A stretch of DNA of 64,000 nucleotides from Oopsacas minuta (Eukaryota > Animalia > Porifera): positions 584,743 through 648,742 of the forward strand of contig JAKMXF010000166.1 in NCBI GenBank assembly GCA_024704765.1, in the 5' to 3' direction. Under the pieces are notes generated by a model that saw only the letters and a program-made list of their open reading frames with translations, searched no databases and was not told where the DNA came from. Position numbers and translations under genes: made by a program. Shown piece by piece: positions 11,522 through 24,259 of this stretch (the stretch's first letter is position 1; each line of letters begins with the position of its first letter).

Positions 11522-12514
11522 TACATAGAATATACAAAGCACAGGGCCGGCGCCACCGTGGGTGCCTGGACAGGGTGTTATCCAGGCGTATCCATTTCTA
11601 GGCTTATGGCCTTGAGAACCTGGATGAAACCCGGCCCCTGGTCCTGTGTGTTCGGACACCCACTGCCACGAAGCTTTTGTATTACCCTTTATGGCAACGG
11701 TTGTTTTGACACTCATTGTACATTATTTTGGACACCCACTCGCTCTAATAGGCGGCTCCGGCCAAGATGGTTGAGACCTGGAATATGAATTTGGTGAATT
11801 TATCATTTTTACACCGTTCTATATAATTATCACTCGTAAGGATGCTAACGATTAGGATACAACCACTTGTCAGAGTAATTGTGTGCGTAAGGCCAGTTTT
11901 TGCATAGAAATTTAGAAATCCCCCAGGGAATATTTTGAAAATCCAGTGATTTCGAGAATGTATCCAGGCAAATAGTTTCAAAGGGTTGGTAAGAATGGAA
12001 CCTCTATAAGTGGGGCTACTTAAGTCCCACCTTCGTTCACTTCATAGGAACGAACATCTAAAAGCTAATAATTCTAAGAAAAAATTCTCGAATTACTATT
12101 TTTATGCTAATTTTTATAATTCACGAATTTAACTCTATGACCTATTGAAATATTGAAATATTCAAACTCAGGAAATTTTCTTAGAATTAATATTTAATTG
12201 GAAGTATTTATCAGTGGTTTCATGAATTTCTCACAGAATTTTCAAATATACTAATCAAATAAATTGTAAAACCACAAAACATTGTCCGTCCTTTTCAAAT
12301 ATTTATTCGAGTCATATTATATTAATACTATTATTACACACATTACCATAGAACAGCTGTTCAAACCCACGCCCACGTATGAGTATAGCTGGATACTCGG
12401 AACATGACATAATAGTATTAGTATGTTCTACTCAAAAGCGGGACAATTCAATGTGTAGCACGATTTAACCTCACATAGCGCTAAATGTTATCTAAAATTC
12501 AGAACCTTGCTAGA

Positions 12515-12808
12515 TTAGGTTCTCAGTTCTACCATTTCGGTGGTAATTGGCCGATTTTGAGATTTCATAGTTTGAAGGCCGAAAGTTAATCCATTAAAAA
12601 TCTGTCCAGACAACTCGAATACAAGCCCAAGCCCTCGAACAACATTGGCCCAGAAATAGATTACAATACCTAGATACACAGGCGTAGATAGGGTTCTGCA
12701 TATGCTGCACCGATATTGCGTGTTCCCACCAAAATTATACATAGATATGTTACAGGTGCGGCATTTCCGCACAAATTCCAATTCTTTGCCGGATCTATGC
12801 CGCGCCAT
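12515..12808 (-). CDS. Hypothetical 97-aa protein with a CxxC-x14-CxxC (LSD1-like) zinc finger followed by a hydrophobic segment
   Basis: ATG in aaaacaATGG context at 12808, then CRTC-NISMYNFGGNTQYR-CSIC and PVYLGIVIYFWANVVRGLGLVF. Less AT-rich than its flanks and divergent from PPIB. No homolog recognised. Confidence 0.55.
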   Translation of the reverse strand: MARHRSGKELEFVRKCRTCNISMYNFGGNTQYRCSICRTLSTPVYLGIVIYFWANVVRGLGLVFELSGQIFNGLTFGLQTMKSQNRPITTEMVELRT

Positions 12809-13127
12809 TGTTTTGTCTCGGGTACACCGTACACACAAGTGTCTCCTTCTAGCTTCTGGATTTATTTGATGCTATACTTTATATATATTAACAAATAACT
12901 TATTTATAGCTCAACTATACTATAGTACAGTTTTCTGTATTAGCTTTTCTATGTTCGAGGAAAGGTCATTTGTTAGGCCTAATGAAAAGTCACCTTTTTG
13001 GAATGAGTGTATGGGGTTTTTGTATTACAAAAAAACTGTATTATACTATAGTTAAGCTATATATAAGGAATCTGTTTTATTAATTATATTATTTAATTAA
13101 TTTAGTGATTTTTAGTTTATCTTCTTC

Positions 13128-13745
13128 ATGCCTTCTTATAACATCCTGAGGATAATTATCCCAATTACCATTTGTGGAATTCTCGCCTCTTCAACCTTAG
13201 CTACGAAAGGTCCCAAAGTTACTACTACAGTATATTTTGATGTTGCTATTGGTGATGAACCTATCGGTCGTATTGTGATTGGTCTATTCGGCGGTACTGT
13301 GCCTAAAACCGTTAGGAATTTTGTAGCGTTGACTACACACGAGAAAGGATTCGGCTACAAAGGTAGCAAATTCCATCGAATAATCAAGGGCTTTATGATT
13401 CAAGGGGGAGACTTCACCAGAGGAGACGGTACAGGGGGTAAGAGTATTTATGGAGATAAGTTCGCTGACGAGAACTTTAAACTTAATCATTATGGGAGAG
13501 GCTGGGTTAGCATGGCTAATGCAGGGAAAGACACTAACGGATCTCAGTTTTTCATCACCACTGTGAAAACTTCATGGTTAGATGGGAGACATGTAGTATT
13601 CGGAAAGATGTTGGAAGGAGAGGATGTGCTAAGATTAATAGAGCAAACTAAAACTGGCTCGAATGATAAACCTGAGAAAGACGTGGTTATTAGTGATTGT
13701 GGTGAAATTCCTCTTGAAAATCCCATCTACATAAATAAAGAGTAG
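13128..13745 (+). CDS. PPIB: Peptidyl-prolyl cis-trans isomerase B (cyclophilin B), 205 aa, single exon
   Basis: Signal peptide, [39 protein letters not shown] and [17 protein letters not shown]. The C-terminal YINKE resembles vertebrate CypB FAIAKE. Confidence 0.93.
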   Translation: MPSYNILRIIIPITICGILASSTLATKGPKVTTTVYFDVAIGDEPIGRIVIGLFGGTVPKTVRNFVALTTHEKGFGYKGSKFHRIIKGFMIQGGDFTRGDGTGGKSIYGDKFADENFKLNHYGRGWVSMANAGKDTNGSQFFITTVKTSWLDGRHVVFGKMLEGEDVLRLIEQTKTGSNDKPEKDVVISDCGEIPLENPIYINKE

Positions 13746-13873
13746 TTCTATATTAGGATTAGATTATTTGTAGCCGCGAGTAAGTAGAAATCATAATTCG
13801 TGAGATTATAGGATATTTAATAATTTGATATTTCTCTATTCCTTCCAGATTTATGTCAGGTACAATACATATA

Positions 13874-14045
13874 CAGTAGAGTCTCCGAATAACGGATACA
13901 TTGGGGACATGCCTTCTGTCCGTTGTAGAGAATTGCTCGCTCCTCAGAGACTGCAAGTATTAATTAATTACATGCTTGGCAAATTCAATCTGTGCCACGA
14001 AGTTTGTCCGTTGCATGGGGTTGTCCGTTTTGGGAGACTCCACTG
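13874..14045. mobile_element. pogo-type MITE
   Basis: TA|cagtagagtctcc ... ggagactccactg|TA. Confidence 0.7.
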
Positions 14046-14844
14046 TAGATACATGTACGGGGGAAAGTGTAAATGAGCGAAAATATAAACTCAAAAATGA
14101 GATATTTTCTTATATCGACAATGATCCATACTTGTTGTTTCAGAGTGTTGAAGGCACCCAGGGCTCAAAATATATGCATTCCAAGGATGGTATGGCCTGT
14201 AAAAGGTATAGTATGTCCCTTTGTAGGATCTATGCAAAACTTCTAATAGCTAATTTTCCCAAGCCCAAAAACGAAACTTCAAAGATTAGTTTGTTGTAAA
14301 ATATAAACGAAATCGTCCTTTTGTCTGTTTTTAGTACAGCTCCAATAGGACCAATTCAAATTGGTCTATTCGCGGATAGGCAGTTGTGTTGGTCAATTCG
14401 CTAATGGGCCAAATTCGCAGTTGGACTGCAACATTTACACATAGGCATATAATTCTCTCTATCCAAAAGTACTCATTAGAATGACAGCTCAAAGTTTTAA
14501 CCTATAACACTAGCCAACTACGAAATTTCTTCTTGAATGATTTTGATATTTTCTAGAACAAAAAACTGCGATAATTCTAAATTTGCCATCAGTTTTTAGC
14601 CTATACGTCAGGATTTTTCGTTTTCAATAATTTTGATTTGGTGCTAAATTTACCATAATTATTATTTCATGGAAACTATTTTTAGTACTTTGAGTCTTCT
14701 TTCACAGGACTTTATAATACCTTTAACTAATATACTATACGCAATGTAACCTCATAGGTCGGCACTAACTCTAACTAACTTAATATATTATTCTACATTC
14801 ATGTACATTTCAGATATTTTTGTTCCCTATTCTTTCTACAATCA

Positions 14845-16440
14845 ATGCATCGCAAATGTGAAAATGATCCTGACTGTTTTTGTTATATTTGTGGTATCTA
14901 CATGTTGGATAGTATGTTCAAGAAAATGATCCCGTTAATTATGGAACAATGCTATCTGTATTTCGGTTGTAAAGTCGGAGACCAAGACAAACCATGGGCC
15001 CCTCACTATGCTTGTCACACATGTTGTAATAACTTAGTCAAATTGTCTGGAGGGAACAAAGAAACCATTCAAATGACTGCTACTTTTGTTCTGTAAAAGT
15101 TCAAGGGCATTCTAAAATGGCTAAATCTAGGATAACATACCCAAATTTGCCTTCAGCTTTGCACCCTGTAGCACATGGCTTGGGAATTCCTGTGCCTAAA
15201 GCTCTTGTCGCATCTAAAGTCCAGGAATGTGTTGATAGTGAACCTGAAGATCAGTTTGATACATCTTTTGAGGTGCAAAGTGATGCCTCAAAGCTATTAC
15301 ACAAGAGGACTTGAATGATTTAGTCAGGGATCTTGACCTGTCGAAGGAATCAGCTATGCTTTTAGGTTCGAGACTTAAAGAAAGAAACCTTCTAGAAGCA
15401 AGAACTACGTTTTTACTGGTATAGGAATAGAGAGCAGGAATTTGAGCCTTTCTTTTCAATGGACAATGAATTAGTTATTGCAATAATATTCAAGGGTTGA
15501 TTTTATCCATGGGAATGAGCTATGATCCCAATGATTGGAGACTTTTCATTGATTCTTCTAAGAGAAGCCTCAAAGCGGTCCTCCTTTACAACGGAAACAC
15601 TGTGTCGTCAATCCCAATCGCGCATTCAGTTATCCTTCGAGAAAATTATGAAGCCATGAAGTTACTCATTGAAATGCTGAAGTATGAAGAACATAAGTAG
15701 CAAATTTGTGGTGATCTAAAAGTTATTACTCTCCTACTTGGTCAGCAAGGTGGTTATACAAAGAATCCTTGCTTTCTTTGCTTATGGGATAGCCAAGCGG
15801 ACTCTCAACATTATTCCAGGCAAGAATGGCCAATTAGAACCGAATATATCCCAGGAAGGGAAAATGTGAGATTTATTCCTCTTGTTGATCCCCAGATGGT
15901 CATATTACCCCTGCTCCATATCAAACTTGGTCTAATGAAGATTTTAGTAAAACCCTAAATAGGGAAGGTGATGCATTTAGGTATCTTTCTATGAAATTTC
16001 CAGCTATAAGTGAGGCCAAGTTAAAAGCAGGTATTTTTGTGGGACCACAAATACGTCAATTATTCCGGGATCCTCAGTTTGAGGCAGTGCAGAATACCAT
16101 AGAAAGAAATGCCTGGACATCTTTTAAGAATGTCGTAGAAAACTTTTTGGGAAATAAAAAAGCGGAAAACTACCAAGAACTTGTTCAAACAATGCTTGCT
16201 AACTATGAATCTCTTTGCTGTAGAATGAGCATAAAGATTCACTTTCTACATTCGCATTAAAATTATTTTCCTGAAAATCTCGGTGCCTTAAGTGAGGAAC
16301 AAGGTGAGTGGTTTCATCAGGACATTTGTGAAATGGAGAAAAGATACCAAGGCAAATGGAATACAAATATGATGGGAGACTATTGTTGGTGTTTAAGAAG
16401 GGACTGCGATACAGCTCACTATCGAATGTCAAGAAAACGG
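14845..16440 (+). pseudogene. Degraded DNA transposase, CMC / Chapaev-3-like
   Basis: Collinear fragments separated by stops and frameshifts: CENDPDCFCYICG, DWRLFIDSSKRSLKAVLL, LHIKLGLM (read at ~15912-15937), AKLKAGIFVGPQIR, MSIKIHFLHSH. Superfamily is assigned from memory of these motifs; termini not confidently found. Confidence 0.65.
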
Positions 16441-18659
16441 CGTTTCATTCCATATGTTCCATGTAAAAGCTGTTAGGGATTAATAATTTATCGCTTACAA
16501 TTTCCAAGTCAAATAGTAATAGTGCTGTGTTTAAAACTTCTGATCAACAATCATAAATTCAATCATAGTTATTTTATACTTCATACCAGATTGATATATC
16601 AAAGGCATGATATATGTATATGTATCACGGGTCTCGGAAATCGTGATCTTGATCAAAAAAATACGGACCTTACGAAATTCACAGAATAAAAATATATTAA
16701 CGATTAATGGGAACTCGTATTGTTGTTATATGGGTTCGAATAATATACTTTTAGATTGTTCTTTGGGTTTGAAAACATTACGGTACATTTTTTAAATAAA
16801 TATATTCCTTGAAGTCAAAGAAATTTGAAAAATTGATTTTCGAAAAATCTGGACGTGTAGATAACAAATGAATGCCATATTTGAAATCAGCATAAAAAAT
16901 TGGTCGAGAATAGTTTGAATACATCGAAGAAGAAATTGTAATTTGAAAAAACGTTGCCCAGTGTTATTAGTTCAGAGTATAATCTTCTCAATTATGATAA
17001 GAGCTAAGTATTTCACTTTGAATATTTTCTCCATGGTTCAGTTAATTTTGACGTCACATAATGTATCCGGACACATTATACCTTGGTCAAATTACCCCTC
17101 AAACTCATTGTGGCCAGTCGTGGCCAGGTAATATCAAGTTCTAGGGTGATTTGTCATGATATTATCTGTAATTTGGAATTAAATCCAGCCTCCCGCAACC
17201 TCCCGCAAATGAACACCAAGCATTTTTAATAGAGCGCCTCGTTAATTTTTATGAATTTCAGAATTTAAGCAATTCATATTATACTACTTTTATTTACTAA
17301 ATTTCTAGCAAATATTTCAAATTCTAAATGAATAACCAGGAAGCACTTGATTTTCTTCTCTCTCAACCATCAATCAGAACGGCAGTCGATTCCTTCATCC
17401 AGATATTTGATCTTTCAGATGGCGAATTCTCCTCAATTCAGAGGAGATTAAAAGAATTGAAGTCTGAATATGATGCTTTCAGTAAACGTAATGATCTATC
17501 GGTCCAGTTGTGATAGGTTTTTGCATGTTCTTAAGTGTAAGGAATGTGGAGGAATCGGACACATCTGCAGGCTGAAATATACAAATTTGCTTCACCAGAC
17601 TAACGATCCAGACATATTATTCAATTCGTTAATATTTGAGTAACGCCTTGCCTTCATCTTCAACTTTCATACAAATAATTTTCGAAAGCGCTCAAAGGCA
17701 GGTACATCGAACCTTGTGGGGACCTCTGTCCGAGGCTATTCAGGCTACGCAATCCCAATCATGGCGAGCCCAGATAATTGAAACGCGACCCGCAACCGCA
17801 TATCCCCAGTGACGTAAACGTTCAATAACACTGATCCATCTGATGTGTATTGCGGAAAAGGCGAGGCAACTGAGGAGTCTATGACAGGATGAAACACTTG
17901 GATCGCAATAAGGCTACAACAGTTTAATATATATTTAACGGGAAATTAACCGTTGGTTATTAAGAACACGCAAAACGTCCAAGTTACCCGCTAATTTAAA
18001 ATTTCAATTATATTCGTTTCTTAGATAAAATTGCTATTACCGTAATAATACAGCAAAAAGAACGATAAATTTATCATCTAAACTCTTTATCCTTTGGTAG
18101 ATGATTTTAGTGTGAACACTTTATCTAAATAACTCAAATACCCCCCACAGATATTTCCGGAATTTAACTTTTGTTAATTTGCTTACGTCATCATAACAAG
18201 AAAAATAGAAGCTATATAAAATACTCAATCTGGTCAATCTACTTTAAATAGTGACCTATAAGTAAATAATGGATTGTCTATCCCTAACTCCAACCTAAAT
18301 AGATTTACGCTAGTTTATATATTTCGCAAATTGTGATTACGTCATCATAACTCAAAAAATAACAGCCATACCAAAATATTTTGCTGTCAATCAACTAGTT
18401 GTATGCAATAACCCATAGATTCATAATACATTTTATGCACTTTAAGTGTACCCAAGACCCTAAAGCCTACGGATAGCCATTTAAAGCCACTGTTTTAATA
18501 GCCTATGTACTTCAACTGTATCGTCAAAACTATGAAATTAATAACTCGCGTTGCGATGATAGTGTTAATACTAGACAGGTAGTAACGCTTATTGATAGTA
18601 AACTCGTTCCATTTGATATGCACTGAATTTCTACTATAATTTTAATTGAATTACCACAG

Positions 18660-19237
18660 GCCGCTAGTAATTGTTGTCAGAAGTTAGACTGTCCACTGAA
18701 GTGATTGAAGCATTGGTGATGCTCTTAGTGTTTCAGTTTTCAAAGCTTGTTTTATACCAAATTCTTGTGACTATCCCTCAGACGTCTTGCAAGGTTGAGC
18801 GAATGTTCTCATCTGTTAAGAGAATAAAAACTCGTTTGCGCTCACAAATGACCACTGTGTGTCTCAACCATATTGCCCTGTTATCTATTGAAAAAGATAT
18901 TGCAGAAACACTTTGCTATAATGATGTGATTGAACATTTTCAGTAGATGAAGCAACGCCGCTTTTTTTGTAATGTCAAATAGTATCCCTGAATTGAGTTT
19001 AGTATCTTAATAAATGCTCTTATTATATGGCATTCTATATAATGTAGACTAGTCTAGTGCTCCCTAGCTTAGTAATCTGGTACTTTGTGAATTCAAAAGG
19101 TTATATATGTAAGAAAAGGAGACTGGGTCGTACTTGTTATACACAAGTAAATAACTTTTCAAAAATATTTATCCCTGCAATTGCCCTCCTGAAATACTTC
19201 TTGCCCCCCTGAATTTCATGCTTTAGCTACGTGCCTG
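18660..19237 (+). mobile_element. hAT element 3' fragment (dimerisation domain plus right terminus)
   Basis: TSCKVERMFSSVKRIKTRLRSQMT hATC motif. The end ttgcccccctgaatttcatgctttagctacgtgcctg is the reverse complement of a CAGGCACGTAGC-type hAT TIR. Left end not found. Confidence 0.7.
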
Positions 19238-19419
19238 GAGCCACGTCCAATATCTAGCAATATCTGCGGACAATCTGTTGGTAAATTGAGTATTTCCACT
19301 GCCCTCTGTGTCATGCTCAATTGTACTTCTATTATTCTACCATTCTGTGTGTATTTCCTTGCTTCAACAATGTTATAGTATAGCTCAGCTGGTCCAGTGT
19401 GTTCTGGACGATGTGACAT
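19238..19419 (-). pseudogene. BUD23: Truncated 5' fragment of 18S rRNA m7G methyltransferase BUD23/WBSCR22
   Basis: MSHRPEHTGPAELYYNIVEARKYTQNGRIIEVQ...LLDIGRGS matches the BUD23 N-terminus (RPEHxGPPELFY...LLDIGCG). Similarity stops exactly at the hAT terminus, and the conserved Cys reads Arg. Confidence 0.8.
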
Positions 19420-19817
19420 TTGAAACGTCTATAAAGCTAGGGGACTATAATTATAAACAGAATTGATAATATTTGTAAACAAGAAGTGAAATATTAAAGA
19501 AGGGATCTTTCAAATATTAGTGAACACAATCCTGATGATAGAGGATAATCGAAGAGACAATATACTTTTGATAATTCCAATTATTGGAAGAATACCTAAA
19601 TTAGAACTGAAATTAACCATAAGACACCTGCACTACATACACTAATTGTGTAATTGTATAACAGACATATCTCTAACCAAGAAACATTCCCTAACTTTAC
19701 AGTAATTACTATAGCAACCATTGGCGTACATTGGTATTCTCAAGTTACACAAGTATAAGATAGAGTCTGTAATAGTTAAAAATATTATTTCTAACAAACT
19801 CAAATCTAATCAATAAA

Positions 19818-21047
19818 ATGGCAACAAATCAGCCCATAATTGAACCAGTTAATGAATTGGCACATTTCGATTATGTCGCTACTCAAATCATGAATATGTT
19901 TGTTCTCCTAATTCAGCAGCTGATCGCGAGGAGGGACGCTCTCCTGGGGAAACTTAGAGATATAAAAGAGGAATATTTATTAAAAGAGAGCACTCGTAAG
20001 TCAGCCATGGAGGAACTGGCCAATACTCAACCATACATGGAGGAGCTAAGTCTGAAAGTTAATGAGAACAAAGATCTGCATCACCAGGCCACTGACTTAT
20101 ATCAACAACGCATCAAACAGCTGGAGACTCCCACAAACCTACAGCAGCCATTCTTCTCCCATACGATGCTGTCCCAACTACAAACTCAGATCGCTGATTT
20201 CGGAGAGGTGAAAGAATGGAAGCTAGACTACTATCTGAAGAAAAAACCTATCCTAGCTGTTGGGAAGAGAGGGAAAGGTAACAATGAATTGAATGCTGGA
20301 GGTCTATCTCTAGATGAACCAAATCAGTTAATTTACATAGCTGATTGGGCTAACAGTCGTATTCAAGTTGTGTCTTTTGAAGGAAAATTCTTGAAAAGAT
20401 TTGGGCAAGACATACTCAAGAGACCATGGGGAATAGCTGTGGCAGAAGATAACGTCTTCATTACGGACAGAGAACTCCACGCTTTGTTACAGTTCAACAA
20501 GAAGGATTACAAACTAGTGAAGAGGACTGGTAACAAAGGAGCAGGAGATGGGGAGCTAGATAAACCACAAGGACTCTGTGTTGACTACAATGGAGACGTG
20601 TATGTTGCTGATCTTAACAATCACAGAGTTTCTATATTCTCCAATGCTCTTGAATTTGTTAATAGTTTGGGTACTCACCAGCTACACGGCCCTGGGGATG
20701 TTAAAGTTACTCCCACTAGCATTGTAGTGCTAGATCTAAGTCCTAATTGTGTCCACTTCTACTCGAGAGGTGAACACCTTATAAACTCATGTATTACTAT
20801 TGGGGAGGATGGTGTGGTATGTGTTCCCTCCTTCTTTAGTTTGGATATAGCAGGGAATATTCTTATTACTGATCTTTACCGTAACAATATCAAGATACTA
20901 TCTCCTTCAGGAGAGCTAATACACACCATAGGGAGGGAAGGACATAGGAGGGGAGAATTTGTATATCCATATGGTATTAGTATTTCAGCATTAGGAACTA
21001 TTTATGTTATATCTCATAATATTAATTTCTGTTTACAAGCATTTTAG
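19818..21047 (+). CDS. Coiled-coil + NHL-repeat beta-propeller protein (TRIM-NHL-like, no RING/B-box), 409 aa
   Basis: Helical N-terminus followed by about six NHL repeats (IYIADWANSRIQV, RPWGIAV, KPQGLCVDYNGDVYVADLNNHRVSIF, YPYGISI). Confidence 0.85.
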   Translation: MATNQPIIEPVNELAHFDYVATQIMNMFVLLIQQLIARRDALLGKLRDIKEEYLLKESTRKSAMEELANTQPYMEELSLKVNENKDLHHQATDLYQQRIKQLETPTNLQQPFFSHTMLSQLQTQIADFGEVKEWKLDYYLKKKPILAVGKRGKGNNELNAGGLSLDEPNQLIYIADWANSRIQVVSFEGKFLKRFGQDILKRPWGIAVAEDNVFITDRELHALLQFNKKDYKLVKRTGNKGAGDGELDKPQGLCVDYNGDVYVADLNNHRVSIFSNALEFVNSLGTHQLHGPGDVKVTPTSIVVLDLSPNCVHFYSRGEHLINSCITIGEDGVVCVPSFFSLDIAGNILITDLYRNNIKILSPSGELIHTIGREGHRRGEFVYPYGISISALGTIYVISHNINFCLQAF

Positions 21048-21208
21048 TTTGTTGTTTGTGTTATTTATTAGAATATTTCCCTTATTGATATTATTCACAT
21101 ATTAAACTTGTTATTTACATTTATTTGCAGTTTAAGTGTTAACTGGTGGACAATAAGAGAGGTTACGTATCGTTCATACCGTTACGTAACTCTACAAGGT
21201 ATGCGAAG

Positions 21209-24200
21209 TGTAACAGCCCGTTTAATTTTGTATTACAAAATGGTGTAATAGTGTGACACGAGAGCGAAATTGAACGAAAAAGCTGGGGGAGGGTACCAAT
21301 TTAGCGGGTCTGCGTGGGACTTAGCAAGGACTATAAAACAGAGGAACAATTAAGCAGTTTTCATCTCCAGGGACGCCGAAAGATGCTTTAGTGCAGGGGT
21401 CCCCAACCTTTCTCAATCGAGGGCCACATTAGTTATATGAACTTGTTCGCGGGCCGCAACTCAAATAATATAATATTTCAACTGCAGATACATAAACATT
21501 TTTATTTTAACCCAGCTTTAAATAATCTAATTTTAATTGACTATTATCAATTAGAAGACACTACCATTATAATTATAACTATATGTTGAGTATCATTTGG
21601 CGATCCGAGTCTGTTTACTTTTCACCAATTGGTCTACTTCTACAATCAAATCATGTAGGTGTCATCAGTCAATCGTGATCGAGTTTTGGATTTCACGATT
21701 TTCATTCTGGAAAAGGTTTGTTCGCAAATATAAGTACTGCCGAATAAAGCAGCCATTCGCATCGCAAGGGCACAAACATTCGGGGAAATATTTGAAGGCA
21801 GAGTATGATAAAATTGCAGTGCGGACAACTCTCTAAATTTTGACCTAAGATCGTTATTTGACTGCCGATCTATGATTTCTAATTGCAGATCCTCCGAAAG
21901 TCCTTCCACATCAACAATAAATGGATCTGCAAACATTAAAATATCCTTTGAGTATGTATAAAAATCTTCAAATCGTCGTTTGAACTGTTCTTTGAGTGAT
22001 TCAATGGCAATCTTTGCCCATGGTTCGGGAAATGGTATGGTAACTGATACATCATTCTTGACAATTTGGCATAGTTTAAAATGCGTCAAATTGCTTGTTG
22101 AAAGTTCTTTTTCAAAAAGGCATAATTTTGAATCAAAGGATTTAACGTCATAAAACATTTGATTGACTAACTTCCCTTTCCCCTGAAGCCGTAAGTTGAG
22201 ATCATTAAGGTGCTGTGTGACATCCGCTAGAAATACAAGCTGCCATACCCATTTGCCATCAGACAGTTCAACTACTGGACGCCCCTTTGTAGTCATGAAA
22301 TAATCTATTTCTTTACGTAGCTCAGAGAATCGCTTCAAAACTTTACCACGGCTAAGCCAACGTACTTCACTGTGGTAGATTACATCGTCATAATCTGCGT
22401 CTACCTCCTTCAAAAAACTCTGAAATTGACGGTGGTTCAGAGCATGTGCACGGATATAATTTACTGTTTTAAATACTGTCTTCATCACACAGTCCAAGTC
22501 AAGTGATTTGCACAAAGCGCTTGTTGGTGAATGATACAATGAAGGGCGATGGAAAATTCGCACAAACATCCTCCATATGATTATTTATTCGTCCAATTAA
22601 TCCACTCTTCCTTCCAACCATACTTTTGGCCCCATCTGTTGTAACGGATGTGAGTTTCTTCCAATCTAGATTCAGGGATCGTAATGTTTCATGAAGTTTT
22701 TCGAAAACATCATGTCCTGTTGTAGTCCTTTCAAGCTATGTAGAGCAGCTAATTCCTCAGTTATATGGAAGTCTTTGTCAATAGCACGTATAAAAACTAG
22801 AAGTTGACTTGTATCACTCACATCACAACTTTCGTCTAACGCAATTGAAAACATTCAAATTTATCTTTAACGTTCAACAACTGTGATCGTAGATTGTCAG
22901 TCATTTCTTCTATACGTCGTGTAACAGTGCTAGCAGACAAACTTACAGCCTCGAACAAATTCCTTTTGCCAGGACATATACAATCCACCACTTTGAGTAA
23001 GTATTTTTAACATATTCGCCATCGCAAAACGGTTTACTACTTTGTGCAATAATCTGTGACACATAATATGTCGCAAAAATGGTGGCAGAATCTTCATTCA
23101 CTTTCTTTTTGAATAAGTTCATTTGAGATAATCGATTCTTTTTTAAATATTCGAGTTTTTCTAAAAAAGAAAATTGATAAGACATTGTACTTTAAACTAA
23201 AACACTCAGAGTAGAGAGGGAAAGTCGGTTATAATATATTGTACTCAGACATTAAGTTGCTCTTTTATTATGTACTAATTCACTCTAGAAGCGGTGCACA
23301 TTTATCCGATATCTACTACAGGGGCGGCGCACACTGAAAGGTCAGACAAGCATGAACAAAAACATTTGAACTGTTTCCACTACCTCTGTACTGATAAAAT
23401 GTATTGTAATATTACCTGCACGTAGTTTTTCTGTAAATTACTCGTAATCTACTTTGTGCTTTGTATGATAATGCCTACGAATGTTACACTCTTTAAAAAC
23501 CACAATTGCCTCATTGCAAATCAAACAAGACACTTTATCTCCATTTTGTATACAAAAATAAGTTTCTGTCCATCTATCTTTAAATCTTCGATGTTCTTCC
23601 TCGATTTTTCACTTTTTCGGGATTGACATTCTATATTTGTACTTTCTAAATTTTGTGGAATCAGAAAATTGATAGCAATTAGATATAAATATGAAATTGA
23701 AAGAACAGAATCCTTTCTAATGAGTTTTATGCTTCTAATATGATATTGTCAGCTTAAAAGCGTCGAAAACAAATAATTAATTTCTATCAGTCAACTATAG
23801 ATTAGCTTCCAACAAAAAGTGTAAATGGACGCAGAGCTAAATATTTCAATTGGCCAATATTCTTTGGCGGGCCGCAGTTTGGGGACCCCTGCTTTAGTGG
23901 GTGGCGTACCTGTTGCCATTGTGGCGATTAGGCTCATGAATCAGGGTGGGTGGAGATGAGTCAATCTGAGTGGACAAATGCTAACCCAAAATGTCCCTAG
24001 TTCCGTCTGTGCCTGTTCCAATAGCCCCAGGGATTTGTATGTACGAAGGCAGTTTCTGTATTTCTAGTATTTTATTCACTAATTCTTGTTTGTGTGTTGT
24101 TGACTTGTTTATATGTTATTTGTATTATTAATACCATTTCTAAGCCATACGAAGCCCAATATGTACCTAATTATGAAGTAATGCCATCTTAAAGCATGTC

Positions 24201-24259
24201 CAATTTATGATTCCAATTTTCTATCTCACCACATAGCAATCCTCCTCGTAATAGTTACA
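21209..24259. mobile_element. Possible solo LTR (~550 bp) interrupted by a hAT insertion
   Basis: Begins TGTAAC (21209), ends GTTACA (24259) and has an internal TATAAAA. No matching TSD and no gag/pol nearby, so support is weak. Confidence 0.35.
21394..23891 (-). mobile_element. Full-length hAT element (SPIN / GTF2IRD2-like), transposase disrupted
   Basis: TIR caggggtccccaa / ttggggacccctg with a perfect 8-bp TSD ctttagtg (21386-21393, 23892-23899). Minus-strand fragments: BED finger (~23570-23450), FSIALDESCDVSDTSQL, VRWLSRG, FGSTYICEQTFS. Confidence 0.92.

Noticed and set aside
17328-17580. 61-aa ORF plus a downstream CKECGGIGHIC motif as a retroelement gag
   Set aside because: The spacing is not CX2CX4HX4C, the pieces are separated by stops, and no pol is visible.
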